A DNA stretch of 64,000 bases from Chiloscyllium plagiosum (GCF_004010195.1 NC_057724.1:41086819-41150818); one strand, 5' to 3'; numbered from the stretch's first letter, positions 1-13,277 are shown. Notes: generated by a model from the sequence alone, not told the origin. Program-made: numbers and translations.

Positions 1-864
1 ACAAAGAAGATCAGAAAATCCTCTTATAAAAGTGACCTAATCCAGTATGTGTCAGAGAGTTGACTGCAAATACTTGTGGTGTTAAAAGATGTTTATAATG
101 TTGGGTTTACCTCAGGTAAACATGTGGGCTGTCATGCTTCAATGAAGCGTCATGCTGCAAATCGAGGACCACTAACCTTTGAGTCATCGCAAAAGATAAA
201 GACTTTATTAAAGTATACAAATTCCCAATTTACCTATTGAATAGATCCAGGTTAAGAGAAAACATTGACCATGTTTCTGTACATAACCAGAATATTATTT
301 ACCGCAAATTGATAGTTTCTAACCACAGGTAAACAACCATGAACTGCTGACATATAACTCTAATATTTAAAAATCTTACCCTGTTTCAAACTTACCCTTA
401 CATACACACATACGAACAGACAAAGAAACATTGGCATTATAGGTTAGAAGGAAAATGTACTGGGGAAACAGTTCAATAGCATTAGTCTTCACAGTTCAGT
501 GGAGTGTTCCTTTTGTTTTCCAAGTTCTTCATTTCTCTGACCTTTTCTTTCAAGTTCTCTCATTTCTTCAAAAGAGGCACAGAGTGACTGGTTCACAAAT
601 TTTAAAGTCTCTGACTGATCAATGGGTGAGAGAAAATAAACTGGCTTTCCTCAGAGTTTAAGTATTTTATTGACATACTTTCAATCCTTTCAGTAGTCTC
701 AGGGCTTTTGTCAGTATCATTCATATCGACAAGCTGGTCAGTTACCCAGAAGCCACTCAGATACTTTCTGTTAGGCTTATGGCCTTAGGCATTCACAACT
801 CCTCAAATCAATCAGCAACCTTTTGCTGACTGAATTTTACTTCCTATACACACCCTGGAGATAG

Positions 865-2155
865 AAACATCGAAAACAGGGACAGGAGTAGGCCATTCAG
901 TTCTTCGAGTCTGCATCACCATTCAATATGATCATGGTCGATCATGTAATCTTGGTATCCCACTCCCATCCTCTCCTCACACCCTTTGATTGCCTTAGCT
1001 GCAATGGCCACGTCCAACTCTCTCTTGAATATACCTAATGAACTGGCCCCAATAGCTTCCTGTGGGAGAGAATTCCACAGGTTCACAACTCTGAATGAAA
1101 AAATTCTCCCTCATCTCAGTCCTGAATGGTTTACCCCTTATTCTTAGACTGAAACTCTTTGTTCTGAACTTCCCCAACATTGGGAACATTCTTCTCATAT
1201 TTCCCTGTACAGTACCATCAGAACTTTATATACTTCTATGAGATCCCCCCTCAGTTTTCTGAATTCTGGTGAATACAAGTCCAGTTGATCCAATCTTTCC
1301 TCATATGTCATTCCTGCCGTCCCGGGTATCAGTCTGACGGACCTCAGTGGATTGCCTCAATAGCAAGAATGTCCATCCTCAGACAAGGCGACCAAAACTG
1401 CACACAAGACTCAAGGTGTAGCCTCACCAAGGCCCTGTATAACTGCAGTAAGACATCCATACTCCTATAGGAGAAAGTGAGGACTGCAGATGCTGGAGAT
1501 CAGAGTCGAGAGTGTGTGGTGCTAGAAAAGCACAGCAGGTCATGCAGCATCCGAGAAGCAGGAGAACTGACGCTTCAGGAGGATCCCTACTCCTATAGTC
1601 AAATCCTCTCGCTATGAAAGTCAGCATGCCATTAGCTTTCCTCACTGCCTGCTGCACCAGCATGCCAACCTTCAGTGACCATTACACAATGACACCCAGG
1701 TCTCGCTACACCTCACCTTTTCCTAAACTGCCACCACTCAGATAACAATCTGCCTTCCTGTTTTTGTGACCAAAGTGGATAACCTCACATTTATCCACAT
1801 TATATTGCATTTGCCAAGTATTTGTCCACTCAGCCAGTCTTTCCACTCACCCTGTAACCTCTTAGCATCTTCCTCACAGCACATACTGCCACATAATGTA
1901 GTGTGGTCTGCAAATTTGGAGATATTGCATTCAATTCCTTCATCCAAATTGTTAACGCATATTGAGAACAGCTGAGGTCCCAACACTGAACCCTGAGGCA
2001 CCCCACTCATCACTGCCTGAAAAGGACCAATTTATTCCAACTCGCTGCTTTCTGTCTGCCAACCACTTCTTTATCCATGTTAATACATTACCTTCAATAC
2101 CATGAGCTTTAATTTTCCTTACTAATCCCGTGTGTGAAAATTTGTCAAAAGCCAT
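865..2155 (-). mobile_element. CR1-clade LINE, 3' part of ORF2 (RT), decayed
   Basis: Fragments AFDK..H, SGVPQGSVLGPQLF, ISKFAD, KANGML.FIARG, in several frames. Confidence 0.9.
1471..1582 (-). mobile_element. Penelope terminal mini-insert inside the CR1
   Basis: gagaaagtgaggactgcagatgctggag... terminus; TSD atccatactcctatag (1455-1470) / atccctactcctatag (1583-1598). Confidence 0.8.
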
Positions 2156-3085
2156 CTCATTGTATAACTTCCCCGAGTGCTTGCAAAACAAGGGTAAACA
2201 CTACACAAAATAAGTTTCATTAACTTGCTTATTAAAAGTACAGCAATTGCTTCCTTATTCCTTTGCTTTAAATCAGCTATTTTTCCCAATTCAGATCACA
2301 ATCAAAAATGGAATAAAATAAAAAGACGTAACATGTCCAACAGCTTTTAGTGTTGTTTTCAGTTCAGAACACTTTTTGAAACAAAGAATTGCTTCAGAAG
2401 CAGGTTTTTCAGTTCATTTTGGAACACACCAATGTGAGTTTAGAAGCAAGTTGTATCTCGCTAGAAAAAGGGTTTAATGCAGTTCAGGGAATAAGTATCC
2501 TCAACATCCATGGTTTAATTTGTGAAACTTCCAAACCAAAAGCATTTGGTTAGAACTCTGCAAGTTATCAATTGTGAGAAGGTTTAGACTTTCAGGTGTG
2601 TGTAAAGGTTCATGATCGCAGACTTGAAAAGGACTCAGCAAATTGCCTCCACAGTCTAAGGCCAAGAAACTGTCAGCAGTCAATTCAACACTTAAGAGTT
2701 GATAGGGGTGCAATTTATTTGGACTTAAGTCTCTGTAATTGATATTTTCAGAAACTATGATTTGAAATTGTGTTTTACAGTGTATTTTAAGCCTTGCAAG
2801 CTGCTTTCTAGATTTAGATAGATCGGATTGTTTTTGTTTTATAAAATGTAACAAACCTCCATTCTGTTATTAAAGAAAATCTGCTGCTGCAGTTGAATGT
2901 GTCTGTGACTAGCTACCATGTTAAATAACACAATTTTAAACAAATATGGTCTTGACAGATAGATTTAATTTTGAGATCTGACTACTTCAGCAATACCATA
3001 ATACTCACATTGATATTGGTTTGATATTTAAAGTAAAAGCTAAAGTAAAAGCTGAGAGGTTGATTCTGCTATTGGGGTTGTTCAG

Positions 3086-3191
3086 GGTCTAGATTAGAGT
3101 GGTGCTGGAAAAGCAGAGCAGGTCAGGCAGCATCCGAGGAGCAGAAAAATGGACGTTTCGGGCAAAAGCCCTTCATCAGGAATGAGGAATG
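3086..3191 (-). mobile_element. Penelope terminal mini-insert carrying a hammerhead
   Basis: Perfect 14-bp TSD ttggggttgttcag (3072-3085, 3192-3205); reverse complement of 3855-3948. Confidence 0.85.
3152..3179 (-). ncRNA. Minimal hammerhead ribozyme motif, core intact (Penelope terminus, family 1)
   Basis: CTGATGA-A-GGGC-TTTT-GCCC-GAAA-CGTC. Confidence 0.75.
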
Positions 3192-3431
3192 TTGGGGTTG
3201 TTCAGTCAATTTGATTTGTTGGTTGCCATGAGAATCTTAATACAAGTCAAATTACATTGACTGGAACTTACTTGGTGGTTGGTCTTTTGGATTTAGATGT
3301 CTAACATTTAGATTTTATTGTCACGTGTACTTAAGTACAGGAGTTCAGTAAAACATGTCTAATGTCACCACACACGGCACCATCTTAAGGATAGGAGGAT
3401 GGGTTGTAGTGGGGCGTGAACCTGACCAGGT

Positions 3432-3948
3432 TGTCCCATCCTGGCACCTTCCCCTGCCACCGCAGGAATTGCGAAATCTGCATCCAGACCTCCTCCCTCA
3501 CCTCCATCCAAGGCCCTAAAGGAGCCGTCCACATCCATCAAAGTTTTACCTGCACATCCACCAATATCATTTATTGTATCTGTTGCTCCCGATGCGGTCT
3601 CCTCTACACTGGGGAGACCGGACGCCTCCTAGCAGAGCGCTTTAGGGAACATCTCCGGGACACCCGCACCAATCAACCACACCGCTCTGTGGCCCAACAT
3701 TTCAACTCCCCCTCCCACTCTGCCGAGGACATGAAGGTCCTGGATCTCCTTCACCATCCCCCTCCCCCACTCACCTATTGTACTCTATGCTACTTTCTCC
3801 CCACCCCCACCCTCCTCTAGTTTATCTCTCCACCCTTCAGGCTCTCTGCCTTTATTCCTGATGAAGGGCTTTTGCCCGAAATGTGGATTTTACTGCTCCT
3901 CGGATGCTGCCTGTACTGCTGTGCTCTTCCAGCACCACTAATCCAGAA
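3432..3948 (+). mobile_element. Penelope-like element, 5'-truncated (GIY-YIG endonuclease + 3' terminus)
   Basis: FTCTSTNIIYCICCSRCGLLYTGETGRLLAERFREH...VAQHFN is a GIY-YIG motif with upstream CxxxxCxxC. Confidence 0.9.
3858..3885 (+). ncRNA. Hammerhead motif with mutated stem III/cleavage site (family 1)
   Basis: CTGATGA-A-GGGC-TTTT-GCCC-GAAA-TGTG (consensus CGTC). Confidence 0.6.
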
Positions 3949-5545
3949 TTATTCCTACCCTGTTAGCTCAAAATTGCTTTGATTTATCTGCATGTGTCTT
4001 CCATTATTTCTGAATGGGAGTTGAGCTCACAGCTAACGTTTAACGATCACATATTGAACAGGTGAATAGCTCTCGGATAATATGCCGACAAATTAGCATA
4101 AACTATTCACTGATCTTGTGTTTATTTGTAAAGTCACTTCTGTCTTAATGTATTGTGAGGTAGACTTTCACAGAGGTTATAAGACAGGCTGAACTTTTAA
4201 GTCAGCCCATGCTGATTTTCAAACATAATCAGTTCACTCTGATTTATTTGGCTCACACTGACCCATACCTTAAATGAGCACATACTAACTTATTTCTTTA
4301 ATCAGCATACAAAGACTCACTATCTTAATTAGGCCACATTTCTCTTCAAATCAACTCTCTTGATTAGTCAACATTGTCAATGATGCTTTAATCAACCCAC
4401 ACTGACCTTTCTCCTTTAGACTATGTTGCAACAATTTTCACCAGGCATCATCCAATAGTCAAACATTCAGGTAAGATGATATGCTTTTTATACACAATAT
4501 GGAAAAAAAGGATGTTGTGAATTCAAATGGAAATATCTATGTTATGTGCCAATCAATAATTCTTGAATAACTGCATTTTCACACAGGATAAGTATTGATG
4601 TATAGGTGCTTTTTCACAGACATTATGGTCTGAATTTCCTGTATCCAACATACTCTTATTTCTACTCTAATCTCATCGACAGAAATGCAAGCAATTTGTT
4701 GAGAAACTCAAACATAAAAAGTCCAAATATAAAAACTATTATAAAGCAAATGGAAACAATTAAAGCCATTGAGACCAGAAGAGAGCACAGATACCAGACA
4801 ATACATAATGGTGACTGTTAGGTTTTAAACTTCAGCCCTAAATCCATGACCAAGTTGAAAATGGATTTTTCTGCTCTGTGCATGAGGGAGGAGCAATGTT
4901 AATAAGGAAACAGTGTATTGGTAATGTCACTGGTCTACGTGACTTGGAGGTGCTGGTGTTGGACTGGGGTGGACAAAGTTAAAAATGACACAACATCAGG
5001 CAAGAAAATAGTCTACTAATTATCACCTACCACCCAGCCATACCAAGGCCACTCAGCTTCTGACCTCATTACAGCCAGGTTCAAACATGGACAAAAAACT
5101 GAACTCCAGAGGTGAAGTGGGAGCAACTGCATTTGACAGGATGAGGTATAAAGGAGTCCTAGGAAAACTAGCGACTATAGGAATTAGGGGAATATTCTCT
5201 GATTTCTAAAATCATGCCCAGCACAAAGGAAGATATTTGACCTTACTGGAAATTTATCACCTCAGTCACAAGATGTCATCGCAGGAGATCTTCAGGGTAG
5301 GTATTTTCTAATCAACCTATTCAGAGATGTTATTGCACATCTCGGGAGCAGGTGAGATGTGAACCCAAGCCTCTTGGTTCAGAGGTAGGGACAAGAGTCC
5401 TTTTCCTCAAGGTAGTGCCTTGCACCCTATTATTATCCTGTGCATTAGCATTGACAAGAAGTGAAAGTAAAACAGCCATATAAATACTGTGGATAGAACA
5501 GCAGGTCAGAATCAATGAATTGCATACTTAGTAACTCGCATCATG

Positions 5546-5869
5546 GGGCGGCACGGTGGCACAGTGGTTAGCACTGCTGCCTCACAGCGCCAGAGACCCG
5601 GGTTCAATTCCCGCCTCAGGCGACTGACTGTGTGGAGTTTGCACGTCCTCCCCGTGTCTGCGTGGGTTTCCTTCGGGTGCTCCGGTTTCCTCCCACATCA
5701 CAAAGATGTGCAGGGTCAGGTGAATTGGCCATACTAAATTGCCCGTAGTGCTAGGTAAGGGGTAAATGTAGGGGTATGGGTGGGTTTCGCTTCGGCGGGT
5801 CGGTGTGGACTTGTTGGGCCGAAGGGCCTGTTTCCACACTGTAATCTAATCTAATCTAATCTAATCTAA
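5546..5869 (+). mobile_element. HE1-type tRNA-derived V-SINE, full length, young
   Basis: A box tggcacagtgg, B box ggttcaattcc, V-domain tgtgtggagtttgcac...gggtgctccggtttcctcccaca, (TAATC)n tail. Confidence 0.92.
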
Positions 5870-6226
5870 TGTCTCTCCAATGTCTCCTCTGGATGAATAT
5901 GTGAATAGGAAGGGAATAAAGGGATACAGATCCTGTAAATAAAGACAGTTTTAGTATAGAAGGGCAAAACGTGTCAGCGCAGGCTTGGAAGACTGAAGGG
6001 CCCATTCCTGTGCTGCACTGTTCTTTGTTTGTCCACCATCTATAATTTATAATTCAGGAATGTCAATGAATACAGTGCACTTGCTTCAATGCTTGCAAAT
6101 TCAACAACTTTCAAGAAGCCTGAAACCATCCAGTCAACAAGGTGCTTGAATGACACCTCATCCATCACTTTCAACATTCGATCCCTTTAACAATAATGCA
6201 AAGTGGTTGCAGTATGGACCATCAAT

Positions 6227-6778
6227 GCCAAGATGGCAGCAGCACAGTAGGCAGCATCTGGGCTCCTGAGACCAGGGCTCCTCCATTCCATCCATCTTTT
6301 ACATTTTATTTTCTTCTTTTCTTGTTTTTGTTTCTATTTTTCTCTTTTTTTCAAGGTTTTTTTTGTTTTTTTTCCCCTTACCTTCTGCAGAGAGCTCAGT
6401 CATGGGGATGGTGACAGAATCTGAATTCACAGCATGGCAGTGACTGGGGCCAGCAGGACTTTGATGTTCAGGGACGAAGCAGATCACGAGCTGGATGGGT
6501 TGGTCAGTGGTAAAGTGACTGGAGAACCCAGATGGCAGTTGGCGGTGAGGGACTAAGCCTAGTGTGGCAGAGAGCAAGCTCTCATGGGGAAAACATAGCG
6601 TGGAGTGACTGTGAGCACATGGCTACAGAAGGACTGTAATGTTGAACCTCTAACTTCTTCCTAGATTTTGTATCTAGGTATCATTGTATCTAAGATGGTG
6701 CTGGGAATTTTGACTTTGTACACCTTTCACTGTGTTCCTGTACTTCTGTACACATTCAATAAACCTAATTCTATTCTA
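6227..6778 (+). mobile_element. Non-autonomous retroelement-like insert
   Basis: Starts ccaagatggc, ends aataaa..attctattcta, interrupts the host LINE; its 3' part resembles 3305-3390 reversed. Confidence 0.4.
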
Positions 6779-9494
6779 TGCACAAGATGCACTATAATAA
6801 CTCATCAAGGCTCCTATGACAGCATCTTCCAAATCCACCACCGTGACCATCTAGAGGATTAAAGACAACAGATGCATTGGTAGACCATTACGTTCATGTT
6901 CCCCTCCAAACCATGCAGCATCCTGACTTGTAACTATGTCATTGCTTCTTCAGTGTCACAGGGTCAGAATCCTGAAACTCTCTCCCTCACAGCACACCCC
7001 ATGGGTTGCAGTGCTCCAGGAAAGTAGCTCACCAACACCTACTCATGAAGAGTTAGAGATGATCAATTAATGATGGTCCAGCCATCACTCTCAAAGAATC
7101 TTTTAAAAATCACATTGATGAGAAATATGAGGTAGTTGCAACTTAAGAATGACACAAACAAATGAATGAATGCATAATGATAATTTAGTGAGTACATCAG
7201 ACATTTTAACATTAACATTTATCTCTACAATAATATTTTCCACACATTAAATGCCCGTTACAAGTTTTATTTTTTAAATAATGGCTTTGTGTGAGGAACC
7301 AAAGCTCTGACTCTGTGCAGTTCCAGATCGATCTGATTAAGTATTTAGCTTCCAGCTTCCAACATATACTTTATAATTTCCACAAATGTTTTTAATATAT
7401 ACACATTTAAAGCTATACATTGCTTTCTATGTTCCACTCATTCATTCATTCATTCTGATACATCATAGAAAACTACTGAGGCTGAAAATCTCAGGACATT
7501 TCGAAGTGCAATATTTATGTATCATGATCCACATGAAAAAAAGAAAAATAAGCTTTTATTTTTATTTACTTTTAATACACAAAATAATTGATAAAAAGTC
7601 TTACAAGAATAATACTGTTATTCATGTTTGGAGGAAGCTTCTGAATAAAAGTCCTGAATTTAAAGCAAATTATCAAAAGATTTGTTTAAACACTTGGTGC
7701 AATATTTGCTAAACAAGGAAAAGAATAGCTAAGATGGAAATAAAAGAACGTGCTAGAAAAAATCAGCAGCTGTGCCAGAATGAGACATAGTTAATGTCAA
7801 AGACCATCTTCACAACTGAAAGAAGAAAGAAATGTAATCGGGTTTTCTGCAACTGGAAAGTGGGAGGTGAAGAATTACAAGGAAGGTCTTTGATAGGGAG
7901 GAGAAGAGTTTAAATGATAAATAGTCATGATACAAATGGGAACAGTAATGTTGTAGGAAAGAAAGAAATAATTTGTCCAAATGCAGTCCAAAATGCAGAA
8001 TAATGATTTGCTACTTCTGAAAGCAAAACTCTGTAAAACAAAATTAAAACTTGGTACATGAATAACAAAATAAATAAAATTAGAGATAAAGTTAACATGT
8101 TTGAAATGGTTGAATTTGATGTTGAGACCAGAAGGCTGTGAAGGGTCTAACTGAGAGATGAGGTCCTGTTCCTCGACCTTCATTGAGTTTCATTTAATTA
8201 TTGTGGCTGGCTGAGAGCAAAGATGTCAGCATGAGAACTTGGCAGAGAGTTAGAACAGCGGGAAATCACATGCTCTGGGTCCTGCTTGTGGACTGAGTTG
8301 AGCTGTTGACCTCTTTTACTAAAATGAAGCTCTGAGCTCTCCTGGAATCCAGCTTCTCCAAAATGATTTGTAGCTTGTTACCCATTTTCACTTTTGTTGG
8401 ACTATCAGGCTACTTATCTGACATCCTGTACAGGATGAGCAAAAACTCCCTTCAATTAAATACCAGGAAGGTGGATGCCATTATGTTCTATCTCTGCTTC
8501 ACTCTACTCCCAGGGCACCAACCCCACCCCTCTCCCAGTATGTTAAGAAGCTTGGTATTACATTTGACCTCAAGGTGGGCTTACAATCTCATACTCATGG
8601 CATCACTAAGACTACCAGCTCACACCCCCATCTGGCAGCTTAATATAAAATAAAGGGTACACAGCACAAACATCTGGTGCTGTCATGTTGAAGATGGTAA
8701 AAATGGTGGTGAATGATTCATTGACTGCAGCAGCTAGTGGGGTAATGATTAAGGATGAGGAGAAGCCTATTGTGGTTCTGGGAGGCAGGGGAAGGAGTGA
8801 CAGCAGGATGGTGGATGCAGATCCTTCGTTGAAGTAAAAGGAATCGCTATTGGGAAGGGCTGTATCATTACAACATATGCAACAGAAACAGTGAAACTGG
8901 AAGAATGGAATTTTATGCTAAGCAGTGGGCTATGAGTGCATCAATAGGAAAATATAGTAAAAATAAGAATAGGCACAATTAGGGATCAAAAAGAGAGTTT
9001 ACACAGAGACAAAAGGCATTGTGAAGTATTAAACGAATACTTGCCATCTGTTTTTCCCTGAAAGCAGACTTTACCTTGGCCAATCCTGACACAGAAGAAG
9101 ATGCAGTCACTAGAATGGTGTAAAATGGATAAGGAGGATGTACTGGAAAGGGTATCAGTACTTTTAAGTTGCTAAGGAATTGGGATCAGATGAGATGCAC
9201 CCAAGGATATTGAAGGAAATAAGCGTAGAAATTGCAGAGGCATTGACAATCTTGTAATCATTCCTGGATTTGGGGATTGTGTCAGAGGACTGGAGTATTG
9301 CAAACATTATGCCCTTATTCAAAAAGGGTTGTAAACATCAGTCCAGCAATTACAAAAACTAGTCAGTTTAATTTTACTCTTGTGGTAGTGGTTGTGGAGG
9401 TGCATGACAATTATTTGGAATGAAATTAATAGTCACATGACAAAATGTGAATTAATTCAGAAGAATTAGCATGGATTTTCTAAGGGAAAATCAT

Positions 9495-10391
9495 TACACC
9501 TCTTCCTACCTTACCTCCTGCAAAAATGCCAGCCCGTATTCCCAATTCGTCCACCTCTGCCGTATCTGCTCCCAGGAGGACCAGTTCCACCACAGAACAC
9601 GCCAGATGGCCTCCTTCTTTAGAGATCGCAATTTCCCTTCCCACGTGGTTAAAGATGCCCTCCAATGCATCTCGTCCACTTCCCGCACCTCCGCCCTCAG
9701 ACCCCACCCCTCCAACCGTAACAAGGACAGAACGCCCCTCGTGCTCACCTTCCACCCTACCAACTTTCACATAAACCAAATCATCCGCCAACATTTCTGC
9801 CACTTCCACACGGAACTCACCACCAGGGATATATTTCCCTCCCCATCCCTTTCTGTCTTCCGCAAAGACCATTCCCTCCGTGACTACCTGGTCAGGTCCA
9901 CGCCCCCCTACAACCCATCCTCCCACCTGGCACCTTCCCCTGCCACCGCAGGAATTGCAAAACCTGCGCCCACACCTCCTCCCTCACCTCCATCCAAGGC
10001 CCTAAAGGAGCCTTCCACATCCATCAAAGTTTTGCCTGCACATCCACCAATATCATTTATTGTATCCGTTGCTCCCGATGCGGTCTCCTCTACACTGGGG
10101 AGACCGGATGCCTCCTAGCAGAGACCTTTAGGGAACATCTCTGGAACACCCGCACCAATCAACCACACCGCCCTGTGGCCCAACATTTCAACTACCTTCA
10201 TCGCCTCCCCCACTCATCTATTGTACTCTATGCTACTTTCTCCCCACTCCCACCCTCCTCTCACTTATCTCTCCACCCTTCAGGCTCTCTGCCTTTATTC
10301 CTGATGAGGGGCTTTTGCTCGAAACGTCGATTTTACTGCTCCTCGGATGCTGCCTGAATTGCTGTGCTCTTCCTGCACCACTAATCCAGAA
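9495..10391 (+). mobile_element. Penelope-like element, 5'-truncated (RT thumb, linker, GIY-YIG, terminus)
   Basis: YTSS...CKNA.PYSQF..L.RICS, PLVLTFHP; perfect 14-bp TSD taagggaaaatcat (9481-9494, 10392-10405). Confidence 0.92.
10301..10328 (+). ncRNA. Minimal hammerhead motif, core intact (family 1)
   Basis: CTGATGA-G-GGGC-TTTT-GCTC-GAAA-CGTC, one G-U wobble in stem II. Confidence 0.75.
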
Positions 10392-11100
10392 TAAGGGAAA
10401 ATCATGTCTAACTAACTTATTGGAATTGTTTTGGAAAGGTAACAGAGCGGGTTGCTGAGGGAAGGCTATTGATGTGGTATACATGGACCTTTAAGACATT
10501 TACATTTCTGAGGAAAGGTATAGGTCATTAAAAAAAATAGAGGAGTTGGACTGTTTTCCCTAGAGAGGAGAAGGCTACGAGGAGACTTGATAGAAGTTTT
10601 CAAAACCAGGAGAGATCTGAACAGAGTAAATAGAATGAAATTGTTCCCACTTGTAAAAGGATCAAGAACCAGAGGGCACAATTTTAAAGTGTTTTGCAAA
10701 ATCAACAAATGAGAAGGCAGAACAAATACTTTTTCATACAGGATGGAGGAATGCACTAACTGCAACTCTGGTGGAGGTAGGTTCAACTGAAGCATCCAAG
10801 AGGTGTTATTTAAACAGAAACAGTGTTATGGAGAAAAGGCAGGCGATTTGTACCAGGTTAAAATGCAGATAGAGCTAATGCAGGTATGATGGACTGAATG
10901 GCCTCCTTCGGCACCATAAGTATTCTGTGATTGCCCAATTCTATCCTTCCCAGCTCATCTGCTGCTGGTACCCTCATTCGTGCCTTCATTACCTCTACAC
11001 TTGACTACTCCATGCGTTCCTTGCTGATGTCCCACATTCTACCCAAACCCAAGGACAACAAACACTTGATCATGTCATACATAATGTCATATACCACAGA

Positions 11101-11375
11101 TGTGGCACAGTGGCTCAGTGGTTAGCACTATTGCTCATAGTGCCAGGGACCCAGTTTCGATTCCAGCCTCAAGAGTGACTGTCTTTGTGAGTTTGTACGT
11201 TCTCCCTGTGTCTGCACGTGTTTGCTCTGAGTGCTCTACTTTTCTCCCACAGTCCAAACATGTACACGTTTGGTGGGTTAGCCATAGTAAAAACACCATG
11301 CAGGGTTATGGAGATGGAGTGAGTCTGAGTGTGACGCTCTTCAGAGGAATGTTGCAGACATGTTGGGCTGAATGG
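11101..11375 (+). mobile_element. HE1-type SINE, diverged
   Basis: gtggctcagtggttagcact head and V-domain similarity to 5546-5869. Confidence 0.8.
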
Positions 11376-11384
11376 CAACTTTCA

Positions 11385-12063
11385 TAGGTGACTCAGTGGT
11401 TAGCATTGCTGTCTCGCGGCACCAAGGTCCCAGGTTCAATACCACTCTCAGGTGACTGTTTGTGTGGAGTTTGCACATGCTCCCTGTGTCTGCATGAGTT
11501 TCTTTCGGATGCTCTAGTTTCCTCCCCAGTCCAAAGATATGCAGGTTAGGAGGAATGGCTAAGCTAAATGGGCGGCACGGTAGCACAGTGGTTAGCACTG
11601 CTGCCTCACAGCGCCAGAGACCCGGGTTCAATTCCCACCTCATGGGACTGACTGTCTGGAGATTGCACATTCTCCCCGTGTCTGCGTGGGTTTCCTCCGG
11701 GTGCTCCGGTTTCCTCCCACAGTCCAAAAATGTGCAGGTCAGGTGAATTGGCCATGCTAAATTGCCCGTAGTGTTAGGTGCAGGGGTAAATGTAGGGGAA
11801 TGGGTCTGGGTGGGTTGCGCTTCGGCGTGTCAGTGTGGACTTGTTGGGCCGAAGGGCCTGTTTCCACACTGTAAAGTAATCTAATCTAATCTAATCTAAA
11901 TTGCCCACAATTTCCAGGAATGTGCATTAGCCATGGGAAATGCAGGGTTACAGGGATAAGGTAGGGGTCTAGGTCTGGGTGGGGTGCTCTTCGAAGAGTT
12001 GGTGTGGACTAGATAGATCAAATGGCCTGCTTCCTTACTGTAGGGATTCTATGATCTATGATT
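11385..12063 (+). mobile_element. HE1-type SINE interrupted by a younger HE1 copy
   Basis: Body runs to gctaaat (11569) and resumes tgccc at 11902, ending in tagggattctatgatctatga. Confidence 0.8.
11570..11895 (+). mobile_element. HE1-type SINE, full length, young, nested
   Basis: Close match to 5546-5869, (TAATC)n tail, ctaaat duplicated on both sides. Confidence 0.92.
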
Positions 12064-12829
12064 ATTGTGTTTCATTCACCCATCACCCACTGTTTAGTAC
12101 AAAATAAAGGAAACTATTCTAAAGGGTGTGAAGCAGAGACCCATCCATGTATATATACAGAAGTCATTAAAGGTGGCAGGATAGGTTGAGAGAGCTGTTA
12201 ATAAAGCATACAGCATTTTAGGCTTCACTAATAGAGATGAAGAGCAGCAATGCTATAATGAACTTATATGAGACTCTGGTTAGACTTCAGTTGGAGCATA
12301 ATGCACAGTTCTTGGCATTGCTGGTTCACACTGAATTTTGATTAAGTAAAATCTTGATTTAAAATTTTCATCCTTATTTTCAAATCCCTCTATAATCTCA
12401 CTCTTCCCTATATCTGGAATCTTGTCCATCCTCACAATCTTCTGAAATATGTGTCCCGCTAAATCTAGCCTCTCGGAATCTCTGATTTTAATTGCTCTAC
12501 CACAGGTGGTTATGCCTCCAGTTGTCCAGGCTCTAATCTCTGGAATATCTGCCATACACCTCTCTGCCACTCTATTTCACTTACTTCAAATTAAACACTC
12601 CTTATAACTTACCTCCTTGATCGCTGAATCCAATATCTCATATAAGGTTTAATGTTTTGTTTCGCACTGCAAAATTCTCCAGAGAAACATCTTTGGCATT
12701 ATATGACATCTGAAGATGTCATGTAAGTAGGGTGTTGCTTTATTATTTCAGGCCCAGAAATATGTTAGAACCAAATTATTTTCTGCATATCAGGTTCATA
12801 ACAATTTTAGTTTCAGGAGTATTACTTAG

Positions 12830-13277
12830 AGCCATGGAGTCATAGAGATGTACAGCATGGAAACAGATCCTTGGGTCCAACCTGTTCATGCCAACCAGAT
12901 ATCCCAACCCAATGTAGTCCCACCTGCCAGCACCCAGCCCATATCCCTCCAAACCCTTCCTATTCATATACCCATCCAAATGCCTCTTAAATGTTGCAAT
13001 TTTACCAGCCTCCACCACGTCCTCTGGCAGCTCATTCCATACTCGTACCACCCTCTGCGTGAAAAAGTTGCCCCTTAAATCTCTTTTATATCTTTCCCCT
13101 CTCACCCTAAACCTATGCCCTCTAGTTCTGGACTCCCTGACCTCAGGGAAAAGACTTTGTCTATTTACCCTATCCATGCCCCTCATAATCTTGCAAACCT
13201 CCATAAGGTCAACCCTCAGTCTCCGACGCTCCAGGGAAAACAGCCCCAGCCTGTTCAGCCTCTCCCTATAGCTCAAA
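12830..13277 (-). mobile_element. CR1 (HER1-like) 3' end
   Basis: LSYRERLNRLGLFSLERRRLR.DL.EV.KIMRG...NFFTQRVVRVWNELP; (CTATGA)-type tail. Confidence 0.92.

Larger units (their letters stand above)
4912..7090 (+). mobile_element. Old CR1/L2-group LINE remnant with several nested insertions
   Basis: Segments at ~5030-5320, ~6030-6220 and ~6780-7090 resemble parts of 44835-48240, including its 3' end. Confidence 0.5.
8990..10930 (+). mobile_element. Decayed CR1 RT fragment split by a Penelope insertion
   Basis: PEDW..ANI.PLFKKG, QHGF.KGKS|CLTNLLE continues after 10392; GLFSLERRRLRGDLIEVFK near 10550-10600. Confidence 0.8.

Noticed and set aside
1-860. Possible LTR-like sequence (also ~2160-2850)
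   Set aside because: Composition is suggestive, but I could not establish termini, TSD or a partner copy.
3086-3948. One element with inverted LTRs spanning 3086-3948
   Set aside because: The left piece has its own 14-bp TSD, so these are two independent insertions.
5546-5625. tRNA gene
   Set aside because: A and B boxes belong to a SINE head; no full cloverleaf, and it continues into the SINE body.
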